A stretch of 31,657 nucleotides of DNA from Promethearchaeota archaeon (GCA_048938025.1 JBHLMP010000045.1:1-31657), one strand, 5' to 3'. Shown: positions 17,787-28,076, numbered from the stretch's first letter. Program-made: numbers and translations. Notes: generated by a model from the sequence alone, not told the origin.

Positions 17787-19667
17787 TCAACCCCCTATTA
17801 AATCTTTAAATTCTTTTAAATTTCTGATATTGTCAAGTCTCTTATCCTTTAATGCCCTCTCAATACAATTTTTATCAAGCTCTATTACTTTCGTTAATAA
17901 TTCTAAAGCTTTTACTTGGTTATTTCTTAATGATTCAAGACAAGCGGTATTATACAATATCTCAACATTCGTAGGATCTTTCTTAAATGCTTTAACAAGA
18001 TAATATTCAGCTTTTTCAAGATTTTTTAAGATCATAAATAGATTACCAAGATTGTTCTGAACATCAGTAACGTTGTACAAATAGGTTTTGGGATCTTCTT
18101 TTGCAAATATTTTAAAGATTTTTAATGCATCAAGATACATTGTCTGCGCCTCCTTAAATTTCTGTAATTTAACATAGACGTTTCCAAGGCAATTGTTTAT
18201 AATAGCAACATTATGAAAATAAACTTCCGGATTTTGTTCTGCTAATTGTTTAGATATTTTTAACGCCTCAGAGTACATTGGCTCTGCATCTTCAAACTTA
18301 TTTAAACCTGCATACAAATCTCCGAGGTCTATTAGAGTCAGGGCTAAACTTGGTAAAACTTGACTTGGATTTATTTCTGCTAATTTTCTTTTAATTTTTA
18401 ATGCTTCAAGGTGCATCTGTTCCGCTTCTTCAAATTTCATTAATTCACTATATATGATTCCAAGATTACTTTGAGTTGTAGCAACGTCATTTAGATACAT
18501 ATCATAACACATTTTAGCTAAAGATTTATAAGTATTTATAGAATCAATGGTTCCATCTTTAATATCATCAAATAAACTTAAATCAACACAAACATTTCCA
18601 AAATAATTTGAAATTGCGGTTTCATTAGGAAAATATGTATCATAATATTGATTTACTAACTTGTTGTAAGTTTTTAGAACATCTAGGTATGACTTATCCT
18701 GATCTTTTGATTCATCTTCATCACTATACATATCTACAAGATCACTTTGAGTTGAATCAAGTTCAGGAGTATAAACATCATAATATTGTTTCTCTAACTC
18801 TTTATAAACCTTTAAAGTATCAAGAAATATCTTTTCCGCCTCTTCAAACCGTTTTAAATCTGTATACAAGGTTCCAAGGTTCTTCTGTGTTGCAGCAACA
18901 TAAGGTAAATATATTCTATAATATTGTTTCGCCAATTTTTTATAAGTATCTAGAGCATCAAGGTACGTCTTCTCTGCATTCTCAGTCAATCCTACAGCAG
19001 AAAACATATCTCCAAGCACTATTAGAATTGGTGCTTTAAATTTATCTCCAAGTGTAATTAATTCTTCTGCGACATTAATTAATCTTTTATATTTATAATC
19101 AAATTGATCTATTAAATTCACGATTGCGAAAAATTCATTAACCAAATCCTCAGTGGGATTTAGTTTTACTCTATGAAAAAGAAGTTCAATATCATCATTA
19201 AGATTTTCCCCATATTTTTTTCTCTTAATTTCATAATAACGTATAGCTTTTTCATGACTTTTTTTATCTGTTAGGATTTCTAAAGCTTCTTGAATTTGGT
19301 GATAAGAGAAATCATATATCTCTTCTTTGCCTTTTTTCTTTTTTATTATTCCTGTATCCAATAATGCATTAAAGGCTTTCTCTATGTTTAGCAATTCATA
19401 GCTGGCTTCAATGCCTTTTCTATCAATGTTTGTATCTACTTCTGTATTTATTACACTCAAATTTTTAACCAATTCTAATGCTTCTGGATTTGATAAAAGA
19501 ACCTGTTCAATAACTAGCATATAAAAATTCTCTACATTTGTCTTATCAAAAACTTTCAATTTGTCAAAATTCATTCTTTGATAATTTTTTTCAATTAACT
19601 TTTTCAAGCCAGAATGCTCCTTAGGGAGTTTCTTAATTAACTCCCTTACCTTATTTGGTAAATTCAA
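17787..19667 (-). CDS. Tetratricopeptide-repeat protein (about 42-aa, kinesin-light-chain-like repeats)
   Basis: Repeats of VA.TQ.NLG.LY..L.RFEEAE..Y..AL.I...L; terminal YNTACLESL repeat; wH-like segment near the N-terminus. Confidence 0.88.
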   Translation of the reverse strand: MNLPNKVRELIKKLPKEHSGLKKLIEKNYQRMNFDKLKVFDKTNVENFYMLVIEQVLLSNPEALELVKNLSVINTEVDTNIDRKGIEASYELLNIEKAFNALLDTGIIKKKKGKEEIYDFSYHQIQEALEILTDKKSHEKAIRYYEIKRKKYGENLNDDIELLFHRVKLNPTEDLVNEFFAIVNLIDQFDYKYKRLINVAEELITLGDKFKAPILIVLGDMFSAVGLTENAEKTYLDALDTYKKLAKQYYRIYLPYVAATQKNLGTLYTDLKRFEEAEKIFLDTLKVYKELEKQYYDVYTPELDSTQSDLVDMYSDEDESKDQDKSYLDVLKTYNKLVNQYYDTYFPNETAISNYFGNVCVDLSLFDDIKDGTIDSINTYKSLAKMCYDMYLNDVATTQSNLGIIYSELMKFEEAEQMHLEALKIKRKLAEINPSQVLPSLALTLIDLGDLYAGLNKFEDAEPMYSEALKISKQLAEQNPEVYFHNVAIINNCLGNVYVKLQKFKEAQTMYLDALKIFKIFAKEDPKTYLYNVTDVQNNLGNLFMILKNLEKAEYYLVKAFKKDPTNVEILYNTACLESLRNNQVKALELLTKVIELDKNCIERALKDKRLDNIRNLKEFKDLIGG

Positions 19668-19858
19668 CTTAAATCACTTCTTTTTCTAATTATTAATGTT
19701 GAATTTCACATATTAATATTTAAATTTACTTGATCAAGAAAAATTAGAATTTAAATATGTTTTCATTGTTCATATTATAAAGATACACTTGAGTACTAAA
19801 TAGTAAATTAATTTATAGTTTTGAAATTTATTTTATTATTTAGGAATTAAAATACTTT

Positions 19859-19943
19859 GCGGGAATTGCCAAGTTTGGTCAAAGGCGCTGGACTCAGAAT
19901 CCAGTCTCGAAGGAGTTCGGGAGTTCAAATCTCCCTTCCCGCA
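19859..19943 (+). tRNA. tRNA-Leu (CAG), no intron, CCA not encoded
   Basis: Acceptor stem GCGGGAA/TTCCCGC with discriminator A, anticodon arm CTGGA-CTCAGAA-TCCAG, long variable arm, T-arm GGGAG-TTCAAAT-CTCCC. Confidence 0.96.
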
Positions 19944-20077
19944 TCATTTGTTATATTAACCAAAAATCCACTTAAAATTGCGTAGTAATTAAGAAATTTA
20001 TTTTAATAATCTAAATAATATTAAATTATTATAACTAAATAGTAATATAATAAATTATACAATCATCTAATACGAGT

Positions 20078-20818
20078 ATGTCAGAAAAACAACCACCCTT
20101 AGAAGAAAATGGAGAAGAAAAGAAAAAAAAAACACCAAAAGATGAACTCTCAGAGGAAATAAGAAAGCCAATGGTAATTTTTCAATTTAATGACCAACTA
20201 GGGGAATTTGAAGAGCTAGAATTTGAAGAAGATATTGAATTAGTTGAATTGTTGGATCCTAATTTTGTATTGTTATTTGTTGATCCAAAACATTTTCGTG
20301 TATGGATTTGGCATGGCAGTAATACTACAACGAGAATGAAATTTATTGCAGCTAAAATAGCTCCTACCGTTAGAGATAGATATGGTATTGGATTTAAAAT
20401 CGCTGCTGTTGATGAAGGTAATGAAACTATTGGCTTCAAAACAATGATGGGATTAGAAAAAGAAATTAATTATGCGGAAGCGCAAAAAGGACCAGCTTAT
20501 GAAGGAACTGTGGAAGATCTTGAATTACTTGAGTCTTTATCACGAGAGAAAATTTTATTATTATTAGAGAAAGCAGGTATACCGGAAGGATATGAAAGAA
20601 AAATGGTTATCGTAAAAAATAAAATTTTTGGTTATAGAGAATATGATAGGAATTATCCCGGTTCTGTCATTAAAGAAAAGCAACTTTTTCCATTAAGAGA
20701 AGAAATCACTGATGGTCCATATTTGGCAGATAATTATATCCCAAGAATGCTATTCTCTTACAATAATGTTGTTTTAACAGAACTTCTACAAAAAAGAGAT
20801 GATAACCGGGAAAACTAA
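20078..20818 (+). CDS. Single gelsolin-domain protein with C-terminal extra domain (Asgard gelsolin-like)
   Basis: LLDPNFVLLFVD...RVWIWHGSNTTTRMKFIAAKIA...IAAVDEGNETIGF fits the gelsolin repeat consensus. Confidence 0.75.
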   Translation: MSEKQPPLEENGEEKKKKTPKDELSEEIRKPMVIFQFNDQLGEFEELEFEEDIELVELLDPNFVLLFVDPKHFRVWIWHGSNTTTRMKFIAAKIAPTVRDRYGIGFKIAAVDEGNETIGFKTMMGLEKEINYAEAQKGPAYEGTVEDLELLESLSREKILLLLEKAGIPEGYERKMVIVKNKIFGYREYDRNYPGSVIKEKQLFPLREEITDGPYLADNYIPRMLFSYNNVVLTELLQKRDDNREN

Positions 20819-20927
20819 ATCTTTAATCTTTTCAACCATAACTTTTTCTGAAAATAAGATTATAGCAGAAATTATAAAATTCAAAGTCTTTTATCTATAT
20901 TAGTGCAAACAATTAATACTAACTAAA

Positions 20928-21638
20928 TTGAGATTTAAAAAAGTAGATTTTATTTTTCTCTTTACAATCATAATTGTAACAATTTTTTCAGTTGATCTTA
21001 TACTAAATGAATCTCATCGGGAGATTATTGAAAATATCTCTAAATATCCCCCTTTTCAAAATTTTGGATCTGGATTGCTAATAACCTTTTGGGTATGTGT
21101 GATTGGAAATTTACTTCCTGTACCTACTCCATATACTTTTGTATTATGCTTTTCATCACAACCTTTTCTAGGGATAAACTATTTTATTCCTTTATTAGTT
21201 GCATTTATTGCTTCATTAGGATGTCTAGTTGGAGAGATGGGAGGTTATGGTGTTGGAAGAGGAGCTTCTGAATTTATATCTGAAGAAAAAAAAGTTAATT
21301 TGAAAAAATATCAACAATTTTTAGTAGATCATCCAAAAATTGCTCCTTTTCTTATCTTTTTCTTTGGTTTAACACCTTTGAATGATGATATGATAACAGT
21401 TCCTTTAGGTTTAATTAGATATGATATAAAGAAGACTATCTTTTGGTGCTGGCTTGGAAAATTAGGATTAATGCTAATTTTTTCTTATAATTTAATTAAT
21501 ATTTGTGCTTTATTTGGAGGAGAAAATTGGATTATTAGCATAGTATCTATTTACATCATCATAATTATGGTATTTATTATGTTAAGAATAAATATTGTTG
21601 AAATTTTAAAGAAATTAAAAATTGTAAAGACTACTTAA
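20928..21638 (+). CDS. DedA/VTT-family (SNARE-associated) membrane protein
   Basis: LLPVP, ASLGCLVGEMGGYGVGR and FGLTPLNDD..VPLG motifs. Confidence 0.82.
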   Translation: MRFKKVDFIFLFTIIIVTIFSVDLILNESHREIIENISKYPPFQNFGSGLLITFWVCVIGNLLPVPTPYTFVLCFSSQPFLGINYFIPLLVAFIASLGCLVGEMGGYGVGRGASEFISEEKKVNLKKYQQFLVDHPKIAPFLIFFFGLTPLNDDMITVPLGLIRYDIKKTIFWCWLGKLGLMLIFSYNLINICALFGGENWIISIVSIYIIIIMVFIMLRINIVEILKKLKIVKTT

Positions 21639-21763
21639 ATAAAATTTCTGATGTTGGTGAATAAATACAAGATTTTTTCAGACGTAATTTGATTACATAT
21701 CTAAATATATCCCCTATATAGAAATAATTATGAAGATTACATAAAAAACTTATTATCCTTTTT

Positions 21764-21976
21764 TTATTCTCTTGAGTATTTCTCGATTATATAATTCTGT
21801 AAGGACCAAACATATTTTTCAAGGTTGAGAATTAAAATTTTTTGCTGAACTTCACGTAAGTAAGAAACATCTAATTTTTTAAATAGGGATTTTAAATCAT
21901 CTATAGTTTCAAAGATTTTTACAATAATCTGCCAATCATTACGCCATTCTATATCTTGAGATCCTAATTGTTCCAT
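21764..21976 (-). CDS. Small hypothetical helical protein
   Basis: 70-aa ATG-started ORF filling an intergenic gap, with protein-like composition. Confidence 0.6.
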   Translation of the reverse strand: MEQLGSQDIEWRNDWQIIVKIFETIDDLKSLFKKLDVSYLREVQQKILILNLEKYVWSLQNYIIEKYSRE

Positions 21977-22135
21977 CTTTATACAATTTTAAATTTAAAT
22001 TAACACAATATAATGTGTTTTCTGAGGTATTTCATAGAAATTTAGATTTATAAACTTTTAGATACAAAAGAATTAATGATTATGAAAAAAAAGGAAATTT
22101 GAAATTTTAAAGCTATTTTAAATTTGTGTTAGATA

Positions 22136-22744
22136 TTATTTTGTCGATATTACAACAGTTTCAGAAGCATTTTGCATAATTCTTAATCTTTTTTCAGGTT
22201 CACCTGAATTCTTAATGATTCCAATAATGAAATCTATTATTAGAAAACCACCACTTTTTAAAAGATTATTAATAGCATAATTTCCTGGTGTTGTTGGTTC
22301 AAGTGTTTTCTCATCCACCGTTCTTAAGCTTAATGCTACTTTTCCTAATGTCTGACCATCGTTGTAAGTCTCTAGGAGCCAGAAGTATAAAAAACCAATT
22401 AACCAGTTGAAAGGAAATGTAAACCACCATCTTCTAAATACAAAAGGATTATAAAAAAAGAATGGTAGGAAAACTAAAAATGAAACCACCCAGCTTATTA
22501 TACTAATGGTTATCCAATCAATAATAATAGCTCCAAATCTAGGCCAAAAATCTCCGTATACAACACCTGAAGGTGCAATTTTTTCAACGGTTTGAACAGT
22601 TTGTTTTTGAGGAACTTCAGTCTTAACAGCAGGAGTAACTTCTGAAACTTCTATTCTAGATGTTAAATCCGCTCCACAGGTATCACAAAAATGAGAATCC
22701 GGTTCTAATTTGTTACCGCATTTTGGACAAAATTTTAGCGACAC
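22136..22744 (-). CDS. RDD-family membrane protein with N-terminal zinc ribbon
   Basis: CPKCG...FCDTCG, RFGAIIID and GQTLGK. GGTGA RBS before the GTG start. Confidence 0.88.
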   Translation of the reverse strand: MSLKFCPKCGNKLEPDSHFCDTCGADLTSRIEVSEVTPAVKTEVPQKQTVQTVEKIAPSGVVYGDFWPRFGAIIIDWITISIISWVVSFLVFLPFFFYNPFVFRRWWFTFPFNWLIGFLYFWLLETYNDGQTLGKVALSLRTVDEKTLEPTTPGNYAINNLLKSGGFLIIDFIIGIIKNSGEPEKRLRIMQNASETVVISTK

Positions 22745-22894
22745 TTTTTATTCACCATTTTTTATCAAAAGAATTACTCTTCAATAATCTTAAAATATTA
22801 TATAAGTCTTTTAGAGTCTATTTTTTAAAAAATTTTTATTTAGTTATTATGAGATTTAAAATTAGAGCAAACTAAAATATCTAATTTTTATATT

Positions 22895-24004
22895 TTATAG
22901 ATAATTCTGATAATATTTTTCTATAAGTTTAATAGTATCGTTAAAATCTGAAATATTAATTAATTTATTTAAGTCTTGGATTTCAGTTAATTCATCATGA
23001 TATTTGATTTTAAATTCTTTCGTAAAGTCATTTATAAACTTCTCTAATATTACATTTTTACCATTTGTAGCAACAACAACAGCAAATCCTAAATCATCAT
23101 AATTAACCATTATATCTGTATTTATAGTTTGAAGTACATCGATCTCGCTAGATTTCTCTGTGAACTCGGAGAGTATATGATTTAATCCGATAAGTATGTT
23201 TCCCCATATATTTGAATCAGCTTCGCTATTTGAATTCACAAAATTATAAGAGTATAATAAAACACCTGACTTATGATATATGTTTACAAAAAATATCTTA
23301 TTAGTAACAACCAAAAACGTTTTGGGGCCTTTAATTATAATAAGACACCAAAAACCGAAACCAATCCAAGCAAAAAATATAAATAAGCTTCTAAAAATTG
23401 TCAATTCGAAAAAAATATAAAGAATTGACATCGAGAGAGGAATATACAGGAAGATTGCTGAAATATTTAGAAAAAGGCTTACTTCTTTGTTTCTTGCTCT
23501 ATTAAATATTACAATATTAATATAGAAATAATAAATAATCATGAAGATTTGAAAGACTATTAAATGCAATCCAAATCGAACATTAAATGAGTATTCAATT
23601 GTATTATTATTAATTTCTAAATTAATTGAATCTGGTGAAAGGATATTCCCTATAAGTAAACCAAAAATAATAGTGAAAATCAAATAGGGAAAAATTGGGA
23701 TCTTCTTGTAATCTTTTATAAAACTATAAAATAAGGAAAGTTGAATTAAAATGATTAAATAAGATATTATAGAGATCTTCCAAAATAATAGGTTAATAAG
23801 CTCTGAAATATAAACAAATACAGACAGTAAAAATAGAGTTGAATGTATTACTCCAAGATTAACAATTGTTAATAGAATTAATAATTGCATTAATTTTGTG
23901 CCATATTTATCGTAATTCCGGATAAGATAATAAATGGTAAGAATACTCATGCTTAATGAGAAAACATATCCAATTATTAGAAACAACAATAAAATTAGGT
24001 TCAT
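22895..24004 (-). CDS. 7-TM membrane protein with C-terminal longin-like domain
   Basis: Seven hydrophobic segments in aa 1-225, then IYHKSGVLLYSYNF...ILIGLNHILSEF...FAVVVAT...FTKEFKIKY. Confidence 0.7.
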   Translation of the reverse strand: MNLILLLFLIIGYVFSLSMSILTIYYLIRNYDKYGTKLMQLLILLTIVNLGVIHSTLFLLSVFVYISELINLLFWKISIISYLIILIQLSLFYSFIKDYKKIPIFPYLIFTIIFGLLIGNILSPDSINLEINNNTIEYSFNVRFGLHLIVFQIFMIIYYFYINIVIFNRARNKEVSLFLNISAIFLYIPLSMSILYIFFELTIFRSLFIFFAWIGFGFWCLIIIKGPKTFLVVTNKIFFVNIYHKSGVLLYSYNFVNSNSEADSNIWGNILIGLNHILSEFTEKSSEIDVLQTINTDIMVNYDDLGFAVVVATNGKNVILEKFINDFTKEFKIKYHDELTEIQDLNKLINISDFNDTIKLIEKYYQNYL

Positions 24005-24131
24005 AATTATGAAAAATTATTTGATTTATTATACCTAAAATATTATTCAATTTGAGATTTCATTTAATCCAAATTTCTCTTTAAATGAAGAAACAATACT
24101 CATTTATAAGATTTTTTCTTTAAAATTGAAA

Positions 24132-25241
24132 TTAATTCTTAATTATATAAGGGGCGAATATCTCATTTATAATAAGTTTTGTATCCTTGAACTCAGAAAT
24201 ATCTATTAATTGCCTAAAATCTTTTATTTTTATTAATGATTCCTTAAAGATTTCATTGAATTTTAACATAAATTGGTGTACTAATTTTTCAATTACGTAA
24301 TTTTTATGTTTTGTCACCATTAGAATCGCATAACCATATTCACTGTCATATTCGAGAATAATATCTTTCTCCTTCATTTTAACAACGCTTAGTTTATCTT
24401 TCTTATCAATAATGTTATTTAGAATATGACTAATCCCAATTAGAATACTCCCTTTTAGAACAGATTCTTCTGTTTCTTGGTCTGCTTCGAAATCAAAAGA
24501 ATATAAGAGAATTCCTGATCTATGGAAAATAATAAAATCATATATCTTATTAGTGATTACTACAAATAAATCAGGTTTTTTAATAATCATAAAAAATAAA
24601 TAAGAAGAAAAAATAAGATAAACTGATAGAAATAAAATCCTTAGTAATATATATTGAATAATCAAATACATAGCATATAGAATATTATTAATACAGAATA
24701 ATATAGAGAGGCGATTAAAAAATTGTGCTAATTTCTTATCGCTAATATTAGGATAACCCCTTATTTCAATATAAACAGTTAAGATACTTGCCAAAATAAT
24801 GAATATAATAAAACAAACAAAAAATGAAATATTTTGGAATATATAACTAGAATAAAATTCAGATTCTTTAATTTCAAATACTTCTTCTAAATATAATAAA
24901 CTAATTATTATTCCTCCTAATAACGAATAAAGAAAACCCATAAAAATTCTGGTCCTTTTTTTCAGTAAAATATAACTGTGAATCGTACTCATCATACTCA
25001 GCTTAAAAATCATTAATATAATAGAGAGATTCCACAAATAAAGAGCAATATTCTCGCTAAAAATAAGTTCAGTTGATAAATTGAATGAAATAATATAACT
25101 TATATCAATTAAATAGTATGCAGAAGTCATTATAGAAAAAATAAAATGGTTAAAATATATCCCCCTGCGCAAAATAACATAAAGGATTACAGGAATAGAA
25201 ATGGAAATTGAAATTGTAATATATAATATACTTACAATCAT
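24132..25241 (-). CDS. 7-TM membrane protein with C-terminal longin-like domain, tandem paralog
   Basis: Same architecture and length (369 aa); IFHRSGILLYSFDF...ILIGISHILN...YAILMVT...LIDISEF. Confidence 0.7.
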   Translation of the reverse strand: MIVSILYITISISISIPVILYVILRRGIYFNHFIFSIMTSAYYLIDISYIISFNLSTELIFSENIALYLWNLSIILMIFKLSMMSTIHSYILLKKRTRIFMGFLYSLLGGIIISLLYLEEVFEIKESEFYSSYIFQNISFFVCFIIFIILASILTVYIEIRGYPNISDKKLAQFFNRLSILFCINNILYAMYLIIQYILLRILFLSVYLIFSSYLFFMIIKKPDLFVVITNKIYDFIIFHRSGILLYSFDFEADQETEESVLKGSILIGISHILNNIIDKKDKLSVVKMKEKDIILEYDSEYGYAILMVTKHKNYVIEKLVHQFMLKFNEIFKESLIKIKDFRQLIDISEFKDTKLIINEIFAPYIIKN

Positions 25242-25370
25242 GGGTTATTTATGATCAACTTTTATTGAACTTCCTACGTAATGAAGATCCATATTATTTA
25301 ATCATATTTAAATATTGGTTTTGTCCATAAATTCAAATTTTATATATTTTTATTAAAGATTAACTCGCTT

Positions 25371-25877
25371 TTAGCTTTTTCTTCCTCTGATGTAGCCCTT
25401 TAGCCACCCTATTTTTTTTGTTTTTATTGAATCAAATTGAGGGACATATGGTTTTATATCTAATACAGGTGTTTTATCTAAGATGTCTATATAATTCACT
25501 AGTATGATATTTTCTTCTATTCTTAGCATTTTCAATATCGATAATCCAATTGGATTAGGGCGAAAAGGAGTTCGAATAGAAAAAACTCCTTTTATCTCAT
25601 CTTTTAAAAATGGTTTTGAGAGAAGTGGAACAGGTAATTTCACCATATCGAAATAATATAAACAAAATATGTGCGAAAATCCTTCTAAATCTTTTAATGC
25701 AGGTGTAAATTTTGAAAATATTTCAATATTTCCTTTAATATCTGACATCAATGATTGAATTGGAATACCTTTAAAATTTTTAAAAGGAGAGTGAATTATT
25801 CCTATTGGCTCAAAACAAATTTTTTCTGGAAATTTACGTTCTTTAAAATTATAAATTTCTCTTTTTGTTATTTCCAT
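25371..25877 (-). CDS. tsaA: tRNA (t6A37) N6-methyltransferase TrmO/TsaA
   Basis: PIGIIHSPF, LEGFSH, GVFSIRTPFRPNPIGLS and TPVLDIKPY motifs. Confidence 0.93.
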   Translation of the reverse strand: MEITKREIYNFKERKFPEKICFEPIGIIHSPFKNFKGIPIQSLMSDIKGNIEIFSKFTPALKDLEGFSHIFCLYYFDMVKLPVPLLSKPFLKDEIKGVFSIRTPFRPNPIGLSILKMLRIEENIILVNYIDILDKTPVLDIKPYVPQFDSIKTKKIGWLKGYIRGRKS

Positions 25878-25965
25878 GTATTTATTAATCCTCTTTTGTA
25901 AAAATTTTTATTTATTAAAAAGCAAATAAAAACAGTGAAATTAATCTTCAATGATATTCAATTAA

Positions 25966-27873
25966 TTGATGAATAACTTTCTAGATTACTTAAAGAAGGA
26001 TAATATAATAGAGACACTTATTTCACAAGAGATAAATAAAGAATTCCATAAGGATTTTCTTAAAAAAATACTAGATAATATAGAAAAATCTCAAAATTTA
26101 ATTCAAAGTTCTTCAGAATTAAATCAATCTAATAATATTAATCTTGATTTATTTGGAAATATTTATGAAAGTATATTAAATCATAAAGAAAGGAAGGCTT
26201 TGGGTGAATTTTATACTCCTTTTTCAATCGTGGATTACATTCTAAATGAGATAGGTTATAATTATAGGGATGACATTGAGAGAAAGAAACTAATTGATAT
26301 AAGTTGCGGTTCAGGAAGTTTTCTAATTCAGGCTATTCGAAGATTAATCGATCGTTATAAAATAATTTACAATAGAGAAACAATTGCTGAATTTTCTCTG
26401 AAAGAAGTTAAATCAATAATTCAAGGAGTGAAAGACAATATCTTCGGAATAGATATCAATCCTATTGCATGTGCTTTATGCCAAATAAATATTCAGTTTG
26501 TTTTATTTGAAATTTTTAAAATTATAGTAAAATACGAAAATAATTATCAATTTCCTAAATTTAATATAAGAAATATAAATGCTTTAAATTTTAACGAAAT
26601 AAAATCATTTAACTTCGTTGTAGGAAATCCTCCGTATTTATTTATCAGAGATATTCCAGTAGAACAGAAAAAATTAATTGATTCGAGTGATTTTCATACA
26701 AAAGTTGGTCAATATGATTATTATCAAATTTTTATTGAGCTTGCTATCAAAATTTTAAAAGATCAGGGATTCCTTGGGTATATCGTTCCAGATTCACTTC
26801 TGGCTTTATCAAATCGATCTACAATTAGGAAATTTATTTATAATTCTACTAAAATTATAGAAATTTACTATACTGGGCCAAAATTTGATGATCTTATTGT
26901 CTCAAACATTATTTTAATTCTGCAAAAAGAAAGATTAAGGGAAAATAGAGAAAAGAATATAGTCCAAATTTATTATGGATCTTCAAAAAATCATGAAATT
27001 ACACAAAAAATAATTGAAAATTGGGATTATAAATTTCTAATAAATTTGAATTCCATGGATATTGCCATCCTAGATCATTTAAATAATAATTTTCCAAAGT
27101 TTAACGATTTAATAAACTGCAAGGATTTTACAATTCTTTTAAGTAGAGGTATTGAATTAGGAAAAGAAGGTAATGTAATTTTTTGTTCTAAATGTCAAAA
27201 ATATTTACCCTTACCAAAAAAAGAATTGAAATGTAAAGTATGTAATAGTTCTTTAAATGAAGATTTAATAGAAAATATAATTTATGAAAATCTCAAAAGA
27301 GGAAAAGAGAGAAACTTAAAACCTTTCATTTATTCAATAAATCGATACAAAATTAAAGATTTGAAATATATTGACACTGAAAAACAGGGTATAAACTACA
27401 AGGACTTAAAAATTTACGAAAATCGAATTATTATTAGGCAATTAAGTGAACATAACCTTATTTCTGCTACTTATGATAAAAATTTTTCACTCACTTCACA
27501 ATCTTTTTACAATTTGAAAATATTGAATTCAAATACTGCTGAATTTAATCATTTGTATCTTTTAGGGATTATTAACTCCACACTCCTCTCATATTATTTT
27601 ATAAAATCTTTTGGTTCATACAAAAAACTATTTCCAAGAGTATTAATCGAAAAAATTAAAGATTTCCCAATCAAAATTCCTAAGACAAATGAAGAAAGAC
27701 AATTAGCAAGAAAAATAGGAGAAAAAGTATCTTGTTTACTTAATTCAACTGAAATAAATAATACTTTAAAGCTTAATATTCAAAAAAAAATTGATCTTCT
27801 ATTATTTGAGTTATATCACATTCCAACAGTAAATCAAGAATATATTTTCGATTTTATGAAGAATTTAAATTAA
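25966..27873 (+). CDS. N6-adenine DNA methyltransferase (gamma class, TaqI/Eco57I-like) with target-recognition domain
   Basis: GEFYTP, DISCGSGSF, GIDINP, VVGNPPY and YLLGIINS motifs. Confidence 0.92.
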   Translation: MMNNFLDYLKKDNIIETLISQEINKEFHKDFLKKILDNIEKSQNLIQSSSELNQSNNINLDLFGNIYESILNHKERKALGEFYTPFSIVDYILNEIGYNYRDDIERKKLIDISCGSGSFLIQAIRRLIDRYKIIYNRETIAEFSLKEVKSIIQGVKDNIFGIDINPIACALCQINIQFVLFEIFKIIVKYENNYQFPKFNIRNINALNFNEIKSFNFVVGNPPYLFIRDIPVEQKKLIDSSDFHTKVGQYDYYQIFIELAIKILKDQGFLGYIVPDSLLALSNRSTIRKFIYNSTKIIEIYYTGPKFDDLIVSNIILILQKERLRENREKNIVQIYYGSSKNHEITQKIIENWDYKFLINLNSMDIAILDHLNNNFPKFNDLINCKDFTILLSRGIELGKEGNVIFCSKCQKYLPLPKKELKCKVCNSSLNEDLIENIIYENLKRGKERNLKPFIYSINRYKIKDLKYIDTEKQGINYKDLKIYENRIIIRQLSEHNLISATYDKNFSLTSQSFYNLKILNSNTAEFNHLYLLGIINSTLLSYYFIKSFGSYKKLFPRVLIEKIKDFPIKIPKTNEERQLARKIGEKVSCLLNSTEINNTLKLNIQKKIDLLLFELYHIPTVNQEYIFDFMKNLN

Positions 27874-27875
27874 AT

Positions 27876-28076
27876 TTATGTTTCTTGTTTTTTAGCATGG
27901 TAATTTTTTAGAATCTTATCCCATTTCTCTGCTAATTCGTTTAAATCTGTTTTTCTAAACAAGTTAACTGCACGATCTAAGATCTTCGCTATATTTTCTT
28001 CATATTTTAAGATATCTTCCTTATTATCTTTGAAAGAAATAAATCCCATCATGCATAAAAAATGACAAAAAATCAA
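27876..28076 (-). CDS. Small hypothetical ORF, possibly a gene remnant
   Basis: Helical 58-66 aa ORF with a weak start; no recognisable motif. Confidence 0.35.
   Translation of the reverse strand: MIFCHFLCMMGFISFKDNKEDILKYEENIAKILDRAVNLFRKTDLNELAEKWDKILKNYHAKKQET

Noticed and set aside
19859-19943. tRNA as tRNA-Sec (TCA in the loop) or as an integration site
   Set aside because: The 7-nt loop centres on CAG with a standard 7-bp acceptor stem. I saw no duplicated tRNA 3' end or integrase in the window.
22141-22150. Partial match TTGTCGATAT to the moaC/tupA motif
   Set aside because: It lies within the 3' end of the RDD coding sequence and is probably chance.
22895-25241. Rhodopsin assignment for the 7TM proteins
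   Set aside because: No retinal-binding Lys motif (DxxxK or SxxxK) within the seventh helix.
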